64,000 nt of DNA, taken from positions 2,399,570-2,463,569 of the forward strand of contig CAXXVS010000002.1 in NCBI GenBank assembly GCA_963674755.2, written 5' to 3'. The notes under the pieces were generated by a model. It made no database searches. It worked only from the letters and a program-made list of their open reading frames with translations, and had not been told where the DNA came from. Position numbers and translations under genes: made by a program. The stretch comes from Desulfobacterales bacterium (GTDB taxonomy: Bacteria; Desulfobacterota; Desulfobacteria; Desulfobacterales; UBA5852). This document shows positions 9,722 through 18,676 of the stretch, one piece after another. Position 1 is the stretch's first letter; each line of letters begins with the position of its first letter.

Positions 9722-12196
9722 ATGTCGTCCGCCTCGATCCACGATGAAATCCACGGCGGGAATGCCGCCGCCTGCCTTGAAGTTGCCGTGGCGCTGCCGG
9801 TGTGGGGCACGTTCACCTACCGGACCCACACCGGCCTTTTATCGTCGGCCGTCCCCGGCCGGCGGGTTCTGGTGCCTTTCGGGACGCGGCGTGTTACGGG
9901 CTATGTGCTAGGTCCGGCAGAGGCCGTCCCGGCCAACGAATTGAAGGCTATTCTGGATGTCCTGGATGACGAGCCTCTTTTCACGGCCGACCTGATTCCC
10001 TTTTTCCGCTGGATCGCCGACTACTACATCTACCCCATCGGCGAAGTCATCAGGGGCGCCCTGCCCGGCGGTCTCAACCTATATGAATTCAACCAGTACG
10101 CCATCACGGAAAAGGCTTGCCAGCTGCCGGATACAAGCGATCTTTCCGAACTGGAGAAAGCGGTCCTGGCCTGCCTCAGGGAGGGCGCCTGCCGCCTGAA
10201 GGATCTCAGCACCCACCTCGAGCGCCCGGTGCCGGGCCGTCTGCTGCAGGCCATGGAGCGCTGCGGATGGGTGCAGCGTAAAAAAACCCTGTTGGGGGGG
10301 CGGACACGGCCCAAACAGGAGAAACTGGTTCATCTCCTGCATCGTTCGATCCCCGGGGAGCGGATGACGCCCCAACGGCAGCAGATTCTGTCATATCTGG
10401 AACATCACGGCGATACGCCCCTTCATACATTGCGCCGGGTGGTGCCCCGGGCAACGGCCATCGTCGGTGGAATGGCCTCCCGCGGATTCGTGGACGTACG
10501 TGAGAGCGTTGCCTACCGGGATCCCTTCGGGGACCCGATCCTGCCGGAACAGGCCCCCGAACTGACCCGCGAGCAACGCCAGGCCCTGGATGGCATCCAT
10601 CAGGCCGGTGCCCGGGGCTTTGCCCCCATCCTTCTGGAAGGCGTCACCGGCAGCGGCAAGACCGAGATTTACCTCCATCTGGTGGCCGATGCCATCGCCC
10701 GCCAGAAAACCGCCCTTGTGCTGGTGCCTGAAATCGCCCTCATCTCCCAGATGGAGCGGCGCTTCCGGGCCCGTTTCGGGGAAAAGGTGGCCGTTCTGCA
10801 CAGCGGTCTCTCGGCCGGCGAACGCCTCGACCAGTGGATGCGCATCCTGCACCGGGAGGCGCCCATCGTCATCGGCGCCCGCTCGGCGATCTTCGCGCCC
10901 CAGCGCAATATGGGCCTGATCGTGGTCGACGAGGAGCACGATCCTTCCTATAAACAGGACACCCACCTGCGCTACAATGCCCGCGACCTGGCGGTGGTGC
11001 GCGCCAAGCACCGCCGCTGCGCGGTTATTCTGGGATCGGCCACCCCTTCGGTCCAGACCTACCACAATGCCCAGACCGGCCGCTTCGTGCACATCGAAAT
11101 GACCCGGCGCGTAACCCCCCAGCCGCTGCCGGAAGTGGACATCGTCGATCTGTCACCGGTGCGCAGCGAGCGGGGCCTGCGCAAACACCTCACGCCCGAA
11201 TTGATCACCGCCCTTGGCCAGACCCTCGAGCGGGGCGAGCAGGCCCTCCTGTTCCTGAACCGTCGGGGCTATGCCAATTACCCCCACTGCACTTCCTGCG
11301 GCGAACCGGTCCGCTGCCGGAATTGCAGCATCACCCTCACCTACCACCGCAGCGCCAATGCCTACCGCTGTCATTACTGCGGCCATTCCCGGGCCGCCAA
11401 TCAGCCCTGTGAAAACTGCGGGGCCGCCACCCTGTGGCATTTTGGGTTCGGCACCGAAAAGCTCGAGGAAGCCGTGGGACACCTCTTCCCCGCCGCCCGG
11501 ATTGCCCGCATGGATCGGGATACCACGCGCCGCAAGGGCAGCCTGCTGCGTATCCTGAAAAACCTTCAACAAGGCGCCATCGATATCCTCATCGGTACCC
11601 AGATGGTGGCCAAGGGCCACGATTTCCCCAACATCACCCTGGTGGGCATCGTCTGCGCCGACACGGCCCTGAATCTTCCGGACTTCCGTTCAAGTGAGCG
11701 CACTTTCCAACTTCTGGCCCAGGTGGCCGGACGCGCCGGACGCGGGGAACGGCCCGGACGGGTCATTTTACAAACCTATACTCCGGGCCATTTCACCATC
11801 ACGGCCGCCCGCAAGCAGGCCTTTCACGCCTTTTATGAAAAGGAAATCCAGCATCGCCGCAGCCTGGGCTACCCCCCTTACAGCCGCATGGTGCAACTCC
11901 TGGTCAGCGGCAAAAACCGCGGCGCGACCCGCCATTTTGCGGAAACCCTCGGGGTCGCCGGCCGCGACCGGCTGCAAAACGATCGGGCCTGGAAAAATCA
12001 GATAACGCTGCTGGGCCCGGTGGAAGCCGCCTTGCACCAGGTGGCCGGCCGGTTCCGCTGGCAACTGCTGCTGAAGGGCACCCAGCCGTCCACCTTGAAC
12101 CGCTTTACGCGGGAACTCCTGCAGGCCGTAGGACCGCCGCGGGGCCCGGAGGCCGTCAAGGTAATCATTGACGTGGATCCCCAGGCTATGATGTAA
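9722..12196 (+). CDS. priA: primosomal replication-restart helicase PriA
   Basis: Walker A GVTGSGKT and DEEHD are present, as is the Cys-rich zinc insertion (CTSCGEPVRCRNCSITLTYH..CHYCGH..CENCG). The start is set to ATG 9722; the first 49 codons of the track ORF look non-coding. Confidence 0.9.
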   Translation: MSSASIHDEIHGGNAAACLEVAVALPVWGTFTYRTHTGLLSSAVPGRRVLVPFGTRRVTGYVLGPAEAVPANELKAILDVLDDEPLFTADLIPFFRWIADYYIYPIGEVIRGALPGGLNLYEFNQYAITEKACQLPDTSDLSELEKAVLACLREGACRLKDLSTHLERPVPGRLLQAMERCGWVQRKKTLLGGRTRPKQEKLVHLLHRSIPGERMTPQRQQILSYLEHHGDTPLHTLRRVVPRATAIVGGMASRGFVDVRESVAYRDPFGDPILPEQAPELTREQRQALDGIHQAGARGFAPILLEGVTGSGKTEIYLHLVADAIARQKTALVLVPEIALISQMERRFRARFGEKVAVLHSGLSAGERLDQWMRILHREAPIVIGARSAIFAPQRNMGLIVVDEEHDPSYKQDTHLRYNARDLAVVRAKHRRCAVILGSATPSVQTYHNAQTGRFVHIEMTRRVTPQPLPEVDIVDLSPVRSERGLRKHLTPELITALGQTLERGEQALLFLNRRGYANYPHCTSCGEPVRCRNCSITLTYHRSANAYRCHYCGHSRAANQPCENCGAATLWHFGFGTEKLEEAVGHLFPAARIARMDRDTTRRKGSLLRILKNLQQGAIDILIGTQMVAKGHDFPNITLVGIVCADTALNLPDFRSSERTFQLLAQVAGRAGRGERPGRVILQTYTPGHFTITAARKQAFHAFYEKEIQHRRSLGYPPYSRMVQLLVSGKNRGATRHFAETLGVAGRDRLQNDRAWKNQITLLGPVEAALHQVAGRFRWQLLLKGTQPSTLNRFTRELLQAVGPPRGPEAVKVIIDVDPQAMM

Positions 12197-12221
12197 TTTT
12201 AATCTGTTGAGGCTTCCGCCA

Positions 12222-12282
12222 AAGGTGGATTGGTTTACCGCCGGCGGGCCAAGGACCCAAAGATGCTGTTTGTGGATGGACA
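12222..12282. repeat. family-1 repeat, half copy
   Basis: CTTCCGCCAAAGGTGGATTGGTTTACCGCCGGCGGGCCAAGGACCCAAAGATGCTG... matches the 8161-8233 arm of the full copy. It starts ~25 nt after the priA stop. Confidence 0.5.
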
Positions 12283-12383
12283 ATAGATGATATTGCCGTG
12301 CCAGCCGGGACAAATTGCAGCCGGCACGATCGATGGCCTGACCGATAAGCGCTGTTAGAATGATTTATAAGGAGAAAAGCCCC

Positions 12384-13169
12384 ATGCAACGCACGATCAT
12401 GACGATCTTGGTGACAACGTCGATTATCCTGACCTGGTTCAGCCCCCCCCTCGTCAATGCCGCCGGCACCGCCCAAGCGACCGACAAGGCCGGTCAGGAA
12501 GGGATCTCGACCGATCAGAAGCTGCAACCCGAGATTGCGATACCGGACCCGCTGTTCACTTTCCCGAATGTGGTGGACGGTACCGAAGTGGTCCATGATT
12601 TCCCGGTCTACAACCGAGGGACAGGCGCCCTGGCCATTTCCAAAGTCCAAACCGGCTGAGGGTGCACGGCGGTCTCGTATCCGAGACAGATCCCCGCCGG
12701 CGGCGAGGGAACCATTCGCATCAAAGTCCATACCAGCGGTTATGGCGGCCACAACATCAAGAAGTCGGCCACGGTCTTTACCAACGATACCCGGCACCCG
12801 CAGCTGCGGCTGACCGTGGCGGGAAGCGTGGAGCGGTTCGCCGATATCCATCCCGAACGCGTTATTCTGCGGGGCTACGGGGGCCAGACCATACGCCAGG
12901 AAGTCGTGGTAACGCCCCGGGCAAGCTACCCCTTCAAGGTGACCGACGTCAAAGCCAAGACCGGCACCAACATCCGCATCGAGATGCACGAGCAGGACAG
13001 CCCGGAGGGCAAATCCTACGTCATTTCCGTTGAAAATACCAAAACCACGCCGGGCAAATACTACGATACCCTGCTGATTTCGACGGACAGCAAGCTCAAA
13101 CCGACCCTCCCCATCCATGTATACGGCACCATTGCCGCGGCCCAAAAGAAGGAAGCTGCCAAACCTTGA
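12384..13169 (+). CDS. secreted DUF1573-type protein with in-frame TGA at 12657-12659 (candidate selenocysteine codon, or nonsense mutation)
   Basis: Track ORFs 12360..12659 and 12816..13169 share one frame, and no other stop lies between them. AAGGAG RBS precedes ATG 12384 and a signal peptide follows. The TGA sits where DUF1573 proteins have the first Cys of S-C-G-C-T (here QTG-TGA-GCT). Confidence 0.6.
12667..12699 (+). other. SECIS-like interrupted hairpin downstream of the in-frame TGA
   Basis: CGGCGG-TCTCG-TATC-CGAGA-CAGATCC-CCGCCG. The base of the stem lies 8 nt after the TGA, and the apical loop lies 22-25 nt after the U of UGA. Confidence 0.4.
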
Positions 13170-13801
13170 ACATCAATCAGACGAAAGCGGTCATCTTCGA
13201 CTGCGATGGCGTCATGTTCGACACCACGGGGGCCAATTCCGCCTATTACAACCGCATTTTAAACCACCTCGGCCGACCGGAATTGACCCCCGAGCAGTTT
13301 GCCTATTGCCATATGCATACCGTGGACAATGCCCTCAAGTTTCTCTTCGAGGACGCCGGCCAGCTGGAGGCGGCCCTGGCCTTTCGCCGCACGATGGGTT
13401 ATCGGGACTTTATCCCCATGATGGAAATCGAACCCCACCTGAAACCGCTGCTGCGGCGATTGCGCCCCGGGATCCAAACCGCGGTGGGAACGAACCGCAC
13501 GGACACCATGGACGATGTCCTGGACGTCCACGGTCTGACCGACGACTTCGATCTGGTGGTCACCGCCTGCGATGTTCCCGCGCCCAAGCCGGCTCCGGAT
13601 ATCCTCAATCGCGCTCTGGAATATTTCCGGATCGACGCGGGGGAAGCCATCTACATCGGTGATTCAAGCCTGGACGAGCAGGCGGCCCGCGCCGCCGGCA
13701 TCCCCCTGATCGCCTACCGCAACCCCGAGCTGAAGGCCTGGCGCCACGTGGACCGCCTGGACGCGGTCCTCGACCTGCTGAACAGCACCTCCCCGGCCTA
13801 A
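13166..13801 (+). CDS. HAD-superfamily hydrolase (phosphatase-like)
   Basis: HAD motifs are present: VIFDCDGVMFDT (motif I), VGTNR (II), YIGDSSLD (IV). The only start upstream of motif I is TTG 13166, which overlaps the preceding stop. Confidence 0.75.
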   Translation: MNINQTKAVIFDCDGVMFDTTGANSAYYNRILNHLGRPELTPEQFAYCHMHTVDNALKFLFEDAGQLEAALAFRRTMGYRDFIPMMEIEPHLKPLLRRLRPGIQTAVGTNRTDTMDDVLDVHGLTDDFDLVVTACDVPAPKPAPDILNRALEYFRIDAGEAIYIGDSSLDEQAARAAGIPLIAYRNPELKAWRHVDRLDAVLDLLNSTSPA

Positions 13802-13919
13802 AGGCCGACCCTATTTGCCCTCGTTACCTGACGGTTTAGAACGACGTAGCTGTAAGACATGCGGCCCATTTCAATTGGGCAGCCTCGAAAAGAAAAAGGG
13901 GTTTGTCGCCAGAGGATTG

Positions 13920-14260
13920 CGATCGGGGGGCGCAAAATCCGAGGCGCAAGGCCTCCATCAAGATACGGCCCTGACGAGGAATGAAGCAAACGCGCCAACG
14001 GGTGCACGGATAAGTCGGATTCGTCAAACGTCCAAGATCAAGGCGTGCGAATTGCGAGGAAGGAGGCGTACATCAGTACGCCGCAACGACGAGAGGTGAA
14101 GCACAACGCCAATATCGGGTGCTCAACTACGGATAAGTCGGATTCGTCAAACGCCCAAGATCAAGGCGTGCGAATTGCGAGGAAGGAGGCGTACATCAGT
14201 ACGCCGCACTGACGAGGAATGAAGCACAACGCCGATATTGGGCGTTTGACGAATCCGACT
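13920..14260. repeat. family-2 structured repeat, tandem array (one diverged unit plus two 123-bp units)
   Basis: Units start at 14006 and 14129 (period 123 bp). The core is CAAGGCGTGCGAATTGCGAGGAAGGAGGCGTAC-ATCA-GTACGCCGCA..GACGAG..TGAAGCACAACGCC. The last unit is closed by a perfect 21-bp inverted repeat (14136-14156 / 14240-14260). Confidence 0.8.
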
Positions 14261-14483
14261 ACTGGTTGCCGTAGCCGTTGGATGCCCCACAATCCGGACA
14301 AACCCACGTAATGCCGTTGCAGGAAAGTCCCCAGAAATTCTCGTCCATACAGGCCTGGCACATGGCGAAACCGCATTGACGGCAGGTCCAGCAGAAAGGC
14401 ACCGACGCGCGGCAGCAGTGGCAGGCGGTGAGGGCCGCCCGCTTTCGGCGGCGGCGTGTGCTGCGGGGGGGTGATGCTGTCAT
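14259..14483 (-). CDS. small Cys-rich protein (74 aa, 12 Cys), unknown function
   Basis: ORF MTASPPRSTRRRRKRAALTACHCCRASVPFCWTCRQCGFAMCQACMDENFWGLSCNGITWVCPDCGASNGYGNQ has several CxxC pairs (zinc-ribbon-like). Its stop codon overlaps the end of the family-2 repeat. No clear RBS. Confidence 0.45.
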   Translation of the reverse strand: MTASPPRSTRRRRKRAALTACHCCRASVPFCWTCRQCGFAMCQACMDENFWGLSCNGITWVCPDCGASNGYGNQ

Positions 14484-14653
14484 GGTTCCTTTTCTATAGG
14501 GGCCGACTGTTTAGGAGCAGGTCCGGCCGGCGGCCGGGCACGGCGCCATGCTTGTCGTTTGGGGGAGAAAATGATATGCCCTCTCCCCATCAATCGGACG
14601 CGCGAGTTTAGGGCCTTTGCCGCGTCAAGTCAATATCACCCCTTAAAACAACG

Positions 14654-17347
14654 ATGGGAACCCGCTTCATGGAAACCGGCCAAAAGCTTTACCTGATTGA
14701 CGGCAGCGCCTATATCTATCGCGCCTATCACGCCATCCAAAGCCTTTCCAATGCCCAGGGATTCCCCACCAACGCCATTTTTGGTTTCACGCGCATGCTG
14801 CTCAAACTGGTCGAAGAGCGCTCCCCGGCCTACATCGGCATGTTCTTCGACGCCAAGGGGCCCACCTTCCGACACGACATGTATGCCGACTACAAGGCCA
14901 ACCGCCCGCCCATGCCCGAAGACATGGCCATGCAGATCGCGCCCATCAAAGCGGTCACGGAGGCCTTCCGGATACCGGTCTTCGAGATGGCGGGTTATGA
15001 AGCCGATGACTTGATCGGCACCGTGGCCCGCCACGCCGAGGCGGCCGGCTTCGAGGTCGTCATGGTGACGGGGGACAAGGACTTCGTTCAGCTGCTGACG
15101 GACCGGGTCAGCATCTGGGATCCCATGAAGGACAAAACCATCGCCGCCCAGGACGTGACCGCGGCCAATGGGGTCCGCCCCCGTCAGATGATCGATGTCA
15201 TGGGATTGTCCGGCGACACGGCCGACAACATCCCCGGCGTGCCGGGGATCGGCCCCAAAACCGCCCTGAAACTGATCCAGTCCTACGCCACCATCGAGGG
15301 CGTCTATGGCCATATCGAGGATATCAAGGGCACCAAGCAACGCAGCAATCTGGTCGAATACAAAGACCAGGCCTTTTTGAGCCGGGATCTGGTCACGATC
15401 CACACGGATGCCCCCCTGTCTTTCGATCCCGAGGCGTTGCGCGCCACCGAGCCGGACGACGACAAGCTGGCCGAACTCTTCCAGACCTATGAATTCCGCC
15501 AACTCCAGCAACGCTACACCAAAGGGGCCGATAGCCCCGCCAAGACCTATCACGGCATCCTGGACCGGAAAGCCCTCGCGGACCTGGTCGCACGCCTGGC
15601 CCAAGCCGACCTCATCGCCGTGGACACCGAGACCACCTCCCAGGACCCCATGCGGGCGGATCTCGTGGGCCTCTCGTTTGCGCTGACCGCCAACGAGGCC
15701 TGGTACATTCCCTGCGGCCACCACTATCTGGGCGCTCCGGACCAGATCCCCTGCGCGGAGGTTCTCGAAACCCTGAAGCCGATCCTGGAAAATCCCGCCA
15801 TCGGGAAAATCGGCCAGAACATCAAATACGACTGGATTGTTCTGGACCGGCACGGCATCGACCTCCAGGGGGTGCGTTTCGACACCATGGTGGCGTCCTA
15901 TCTGCTCAACCCTTCCAAGCGCTCCCACAGCCTGGACCAGATCGCCATGGATTTTTTGGGGCACAAGACCATCACCTATGCCGAAGTGGTGGGCAAGGGC
16001 AGCAAGAAAGCCGGCTTCGAAGCCGTCCCGGTGGAGCAGGCCGTTCCCTATGCCGCCGAAGACGCCGACATCACCCTGATGGCCTGGGATGCGCTGCGCC
16101 CCCGGCTGGAAACCCTGGACCTGATGGCGCTCTTCGACACCATCGAAATGCCGTTGATCCCGGTGCTGATGCGCATGGAAATGACCGGCATCGCGGTGGA
16201 TACCCCGCGTCTGCGGGATCTTTCGAAGCTCTTCCAGGACCAGCTGGAAGACCTCGAAGACCGTATCCAGGCAATGGCCGGCGAGCCCTTCAACATCAAA
16301 TCCTCCCAGCAATTGGGCCACATCCTGTTCGAGAAGCTGGGTCTGCCGGTGCAGAAAAAAACCAAGAAAAAGACCGGCTATTCCACGGACGTGGACGTGC
16401 TGACCACCCTGGCCGAACAGCACGAACTGCCGGCCCTGGTCCTGCGCCACCGGGCCCTGGCCAAACTCAAGTCCACCTACGTGGATGCCCTCATGGACAT
16501 GGTGCACCCCGCCACCCATCGCATCCACACGTCCTATAACCAGACCGTCACGGCCACCGGCCGCCTGAGCAGCTCGGATCCCAACCTGCAGAACATTCCC
16601 ATCCGCACGGCCGAGGGCCGGGAAATCCGCAAGGCCTTCATTCCCCGTAAGGGGTGGAAGCTGCTGGCGGCGGACTACTCCCAGGTGGAGCTGCGCATCC
16701 TGGCCCACTATGCCCAGGACCCCATCCTGATCGAGGCCTTTGCCCGGGATGAGGATATCCATACTCGCACGGCCTGCGAAGTGTTCGAAACCTCTGAAGA
16801 ATTGGTGGACAACGAGCTGCGGCGCCATGCCAAGGTGATCAATTTCGGCATTATCTACGGCATGGGTCCCTACAGCCTCTCCCGGGACCTGGGCATCAGC
16901 CAGGCCATGGCCAAGACCTATATCGATAATTATTTCAATCACTACACCGGCGTTAAGACCTTTATCGACCAGACCATCGAGACCGCCCGCCGCACCAAAC
17001 AGACCAGCACCCTGATGGGGCGCATCCGCCTGCTGCCCGACATCGACAGCCGCAATGTCAACGTTCGCCAGTTTGCCGAACGAACGGCGGTCAACACCCC
17101 GATCCAGGGGACGGCGGCGGATCTCATCAAACTGGCCATGATCGCGGTGGACCGGAAGTTACGCGAGACGCCTTTCCAATCGGCCATGCTTCTCTCCGTG
17201 CACGACGAAATCGTCCTCGAAGTGCCGCCTGAGGAGATCAAGGCGGTCAGCGCCATGGTCAAGGACACCATGGAAGGCATCTGGGAGCTGGCCGTGCCGC
17301 TCAAGGTCAATCTGGCGGTAGGAGACAATTGGAACGAGGCCCATTAG
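14654..17347 (+). CDS. polA: DNA polymerase I
   Basis: 897 aa. It has a 5'-3' exonuclease domain (LIDGSAYIYRAYHA), a 3'-5' exonuclease domain (IAVDTETTS) and polymerase motifs (DYSQVELRILAH, QGTAADLIK, SVHDEIVLE). An alternative start is ATG 14669. Confidence 0.97.
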   Translation: MGTRFMETGQKLYLIDGSAYIYRAYHAIQSLSNAQGFPTNAIFGFTRMLLKLVEERSPAYIGMFFDAKGPTFRHDMYADYKANRPPMPEDMAMQIAPIKAVTEAFRIPVFEMAGYEADDLIGTVARHAEAAGFEVVMVTGDKDFVQLLTDRVSIWDPMKDKTIAAQDVTAANGVRPRQMIDVMGLSGDTADNIPGVPGIGPKTALKLIQSYATIEGVYGHIEDIKGTKQRSNLVEYKDQAFLSRDLVTIHTDAPLSFDPEALRATEPDDDKLAELFQTYEFRQLQQRYTKGADSPAKTYHGILDRKALADLVARLAQADLIAVDTETTSQDPMRADLVGLSFALTANEAWYIPCGHHYLGAPDQIPCAEVLETLKPILENPAIGKIGQNIKYDWIVLDRHGIDLQGVRFDTMVASYLLNPSKRSHSLDQIAMDFLGHKTITYAEVVGKGSKKAGFEAVPVEQAVPYAAEDADITLMAWDALRPRLETLDLMALFDTIEMPLIPVLMRMEMTGIAVDTPRLRDLSKLFQDQLEDLEDRIQAMAGEPFNIKSSQQLGHILFEKLGLPVQKKTKKKTGYSTDVDVLTTLAEQHELPALVLRHRALAKLKSTYVDALMDMVHPATHRIHTSYNQTVTATGRLSSSDPNLQNIPIRTAEGREIRKAFIPRKGWKLLAADYSQVELRILAHYAQDPILIEAFARDEDIHTRTACEVFETSEELVDNELRRHAKVINFGIIYGMGPYSLSRDLGISQAMAKTYIDNYFNHYTGVKTFIDQTIETARRTKQTSTLMGRIRLLPDIDSRNVNVRQFAERTAVNTPIQGTAADLIKLAMIAVDRKLRETPFQSAMLLSVHDEIVLEVPPEEIKAVSAMVKDTMEGIWELAVPLKVNLAVGDNWNEAH

Positions 17348-17528
17348 TGTCAGATCCGGAGATGGCATCTTTCGGCCCCGGCCCGCCGCCGGTGAACAAA
17401 ACCACCTTTGGCGGACAGGCCGGCGTTCTCGCTCTTTGAAAATCCTCGACGTAGCCCGGCTACGCCTGCGGTTTCCAAAGAACTACGGCCTTGGCCGGAA
17501 CCAAAATCTACCACCTCCGGATCTGACA
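17346..17528. repeat. family-1 structured intergenic repeat, full copy
   Basis: 19-nt terminal inverted repeat GTGTCAGATCCGGAGATGG / CCACCTCCGGATCTGACAC. Internal hairpins are CCGCCGGTG..CACC..GGCGG and CGTAGC-CCG-GCTACG. It begins inside the polA TAG stop codon. Confidence 0.8.
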
Positions 17529-17713
17529 CTTATTACGTCCGGCAAAGGTTTAGCCATCGGTTGAAGCGGATTCTCATACGTCAGCATGCAATCCGACTTT
17601 GGACAACCGGGATAGAAAAAACCTTTCCATTCGACACCGTTGTCAGCGCAAAAAGTTCCGCATAGACACGACCTGCATTTACAAATCGATAATTGGAGAT
17701 TACCGTTACGCCC

Positions 17714-18583
17714 ATGAATGATTCCCGCAACAACGCCCTGCTGTGCCCGGGATGCCGCAAACTGATCAGCCGGGATGTACCGGCCTGTCCCTATTGCGGC
17801 ATGGCCCATCCCGGGTCGGCCTGGAAAGCCAACTGGTGGACCCTGAAGCTGCATTCCCCCGAGGGGCTGATCAAGGCCATCATCTATGCCAACGTGGCCT
17901 TCTACGTCCTGTCCCTGCTGCTCAACCCCCGGGGCTTCAGCTTTTCGATGAACCCCTTCAATTTCCTCTCCCCGGCCAGCAACACCCTCTTCCTTCTGGG
18001 CGCCACGGGCCGCTACCCCATTGACCAAATCTGGCCCAGCCTCACCGGTCTTCCGGGCATCGGCTGGCTGACCCTGCTGACCGCCAATTTCCTGCACGGC
18101 AGTCTGCTGCACATCCTCTTCAACATGATCGTGCTGTATCAGCTCGGTCCGCTGACCATCCGTGAATTCGGGACCTACCGGATGCTGATCATCTACCTGC
18201 TAAGCGGCGTCGGGGGCTTTTTCCTGTCCTATCTGGCCGGGGTGCCCTTCACCATCGGGGCCTCGGCGGCCATATGCGGGCTGATCGGCGCCTTGATCTA
18301 TTTCGGCAAGTCGCGGGGCGGGGTGTATGGTAATATGGTCTATCGCCAGATCGGGGGGTGGGCCATCGGACTGATTTTCATCGGCTTCCTGCCCGGCATC
18401 AACAACTGGGGGCATGCAGGAGGATTCCTGACGGGTTTAGGGCTGGCCTTTCTGCTGGGCTACCAGGATCGCCGCCCGGAAACCTTCGCCCACAAGGCGA
18501 TTGCGGGCATCGGCACCCTGGCCACCACGGCGGTGCTGGTTACAACGGCGGGATTTGCGGTTTACTATACGATTGCCGGATAG
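17714..18583 (+). CDS. rhomboid-family intramembrane serine protease with N-terminal zinc ribbon
   Basis: CPGC..CPYC at the N-terminus, and rhomboid motifs LHILFNM, GASAAICG (catalytic Ser) and NWGHAGG. The start is set to ATG 17714. Confidence 0.85.
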   Translation: MNDSRNNALLCPGCRKLISRDVPACPYCGMAHPGSAWKANWWTLKLHSPEGLIKAIIYANVAFYVLSLLLNPRGFSFSMNPFNFLSPASNTLFLLGATGRYPIDQIWPSLTGLPGIGWLTLLTANFLHGSLLHILFNMIVLYQLGPLTIREFGTYRMLIIYLLSGVGGFFLSYLAGVPFTIGASAAICGLIGALIYFGKSRGGVYGNMVYRQIGGWAIGLIFIGFLPGINNWGHAGGFLTGLGLAFLLGYQDRRPETFAHKAIAGIGTLATTAVLVTTAGFAVYYTIAG

Positions 18584-18676
18584 AGATCCGTTAAGCTTTT
18601 CTGAACTTGATGGCGCAATTTGCGATTTCAAGCGCTCAAACGCCTGCTTTTAATTGAAGGGGTGAAAGCGGGCTGT

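Noticed and set aside
14040-14235. Possible hammerhead ribozyme, because the family-2 core contains CUGACGAG (fits CUGANGA)
   Set aside because: I could not find the required helix II hairpin followed by GAAA, nor a cleavage-site helix III in the right geometry on either strand. The match is a single short motif.
13920-14260. Possible CRISPR array (tandem repeats); the same question applies to the 22-bp repeats at 21700-21810
   Set aside because: The 123-bp units are contiguous with no unique spacers. The 22-bp repeats are the subterminal IstA-binding-type repeats of the IS21 element. No cas genes are present.
14636-16942. 768-aa ORF on the minus strand
   Set aside because: It lies entirely antisense to DNA polymerase I. 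Its Gly/Val/Asp/His-rich low-complexity translation is typical of the shadow frame of a GC-rich gene. polA has unmistakable motifs.
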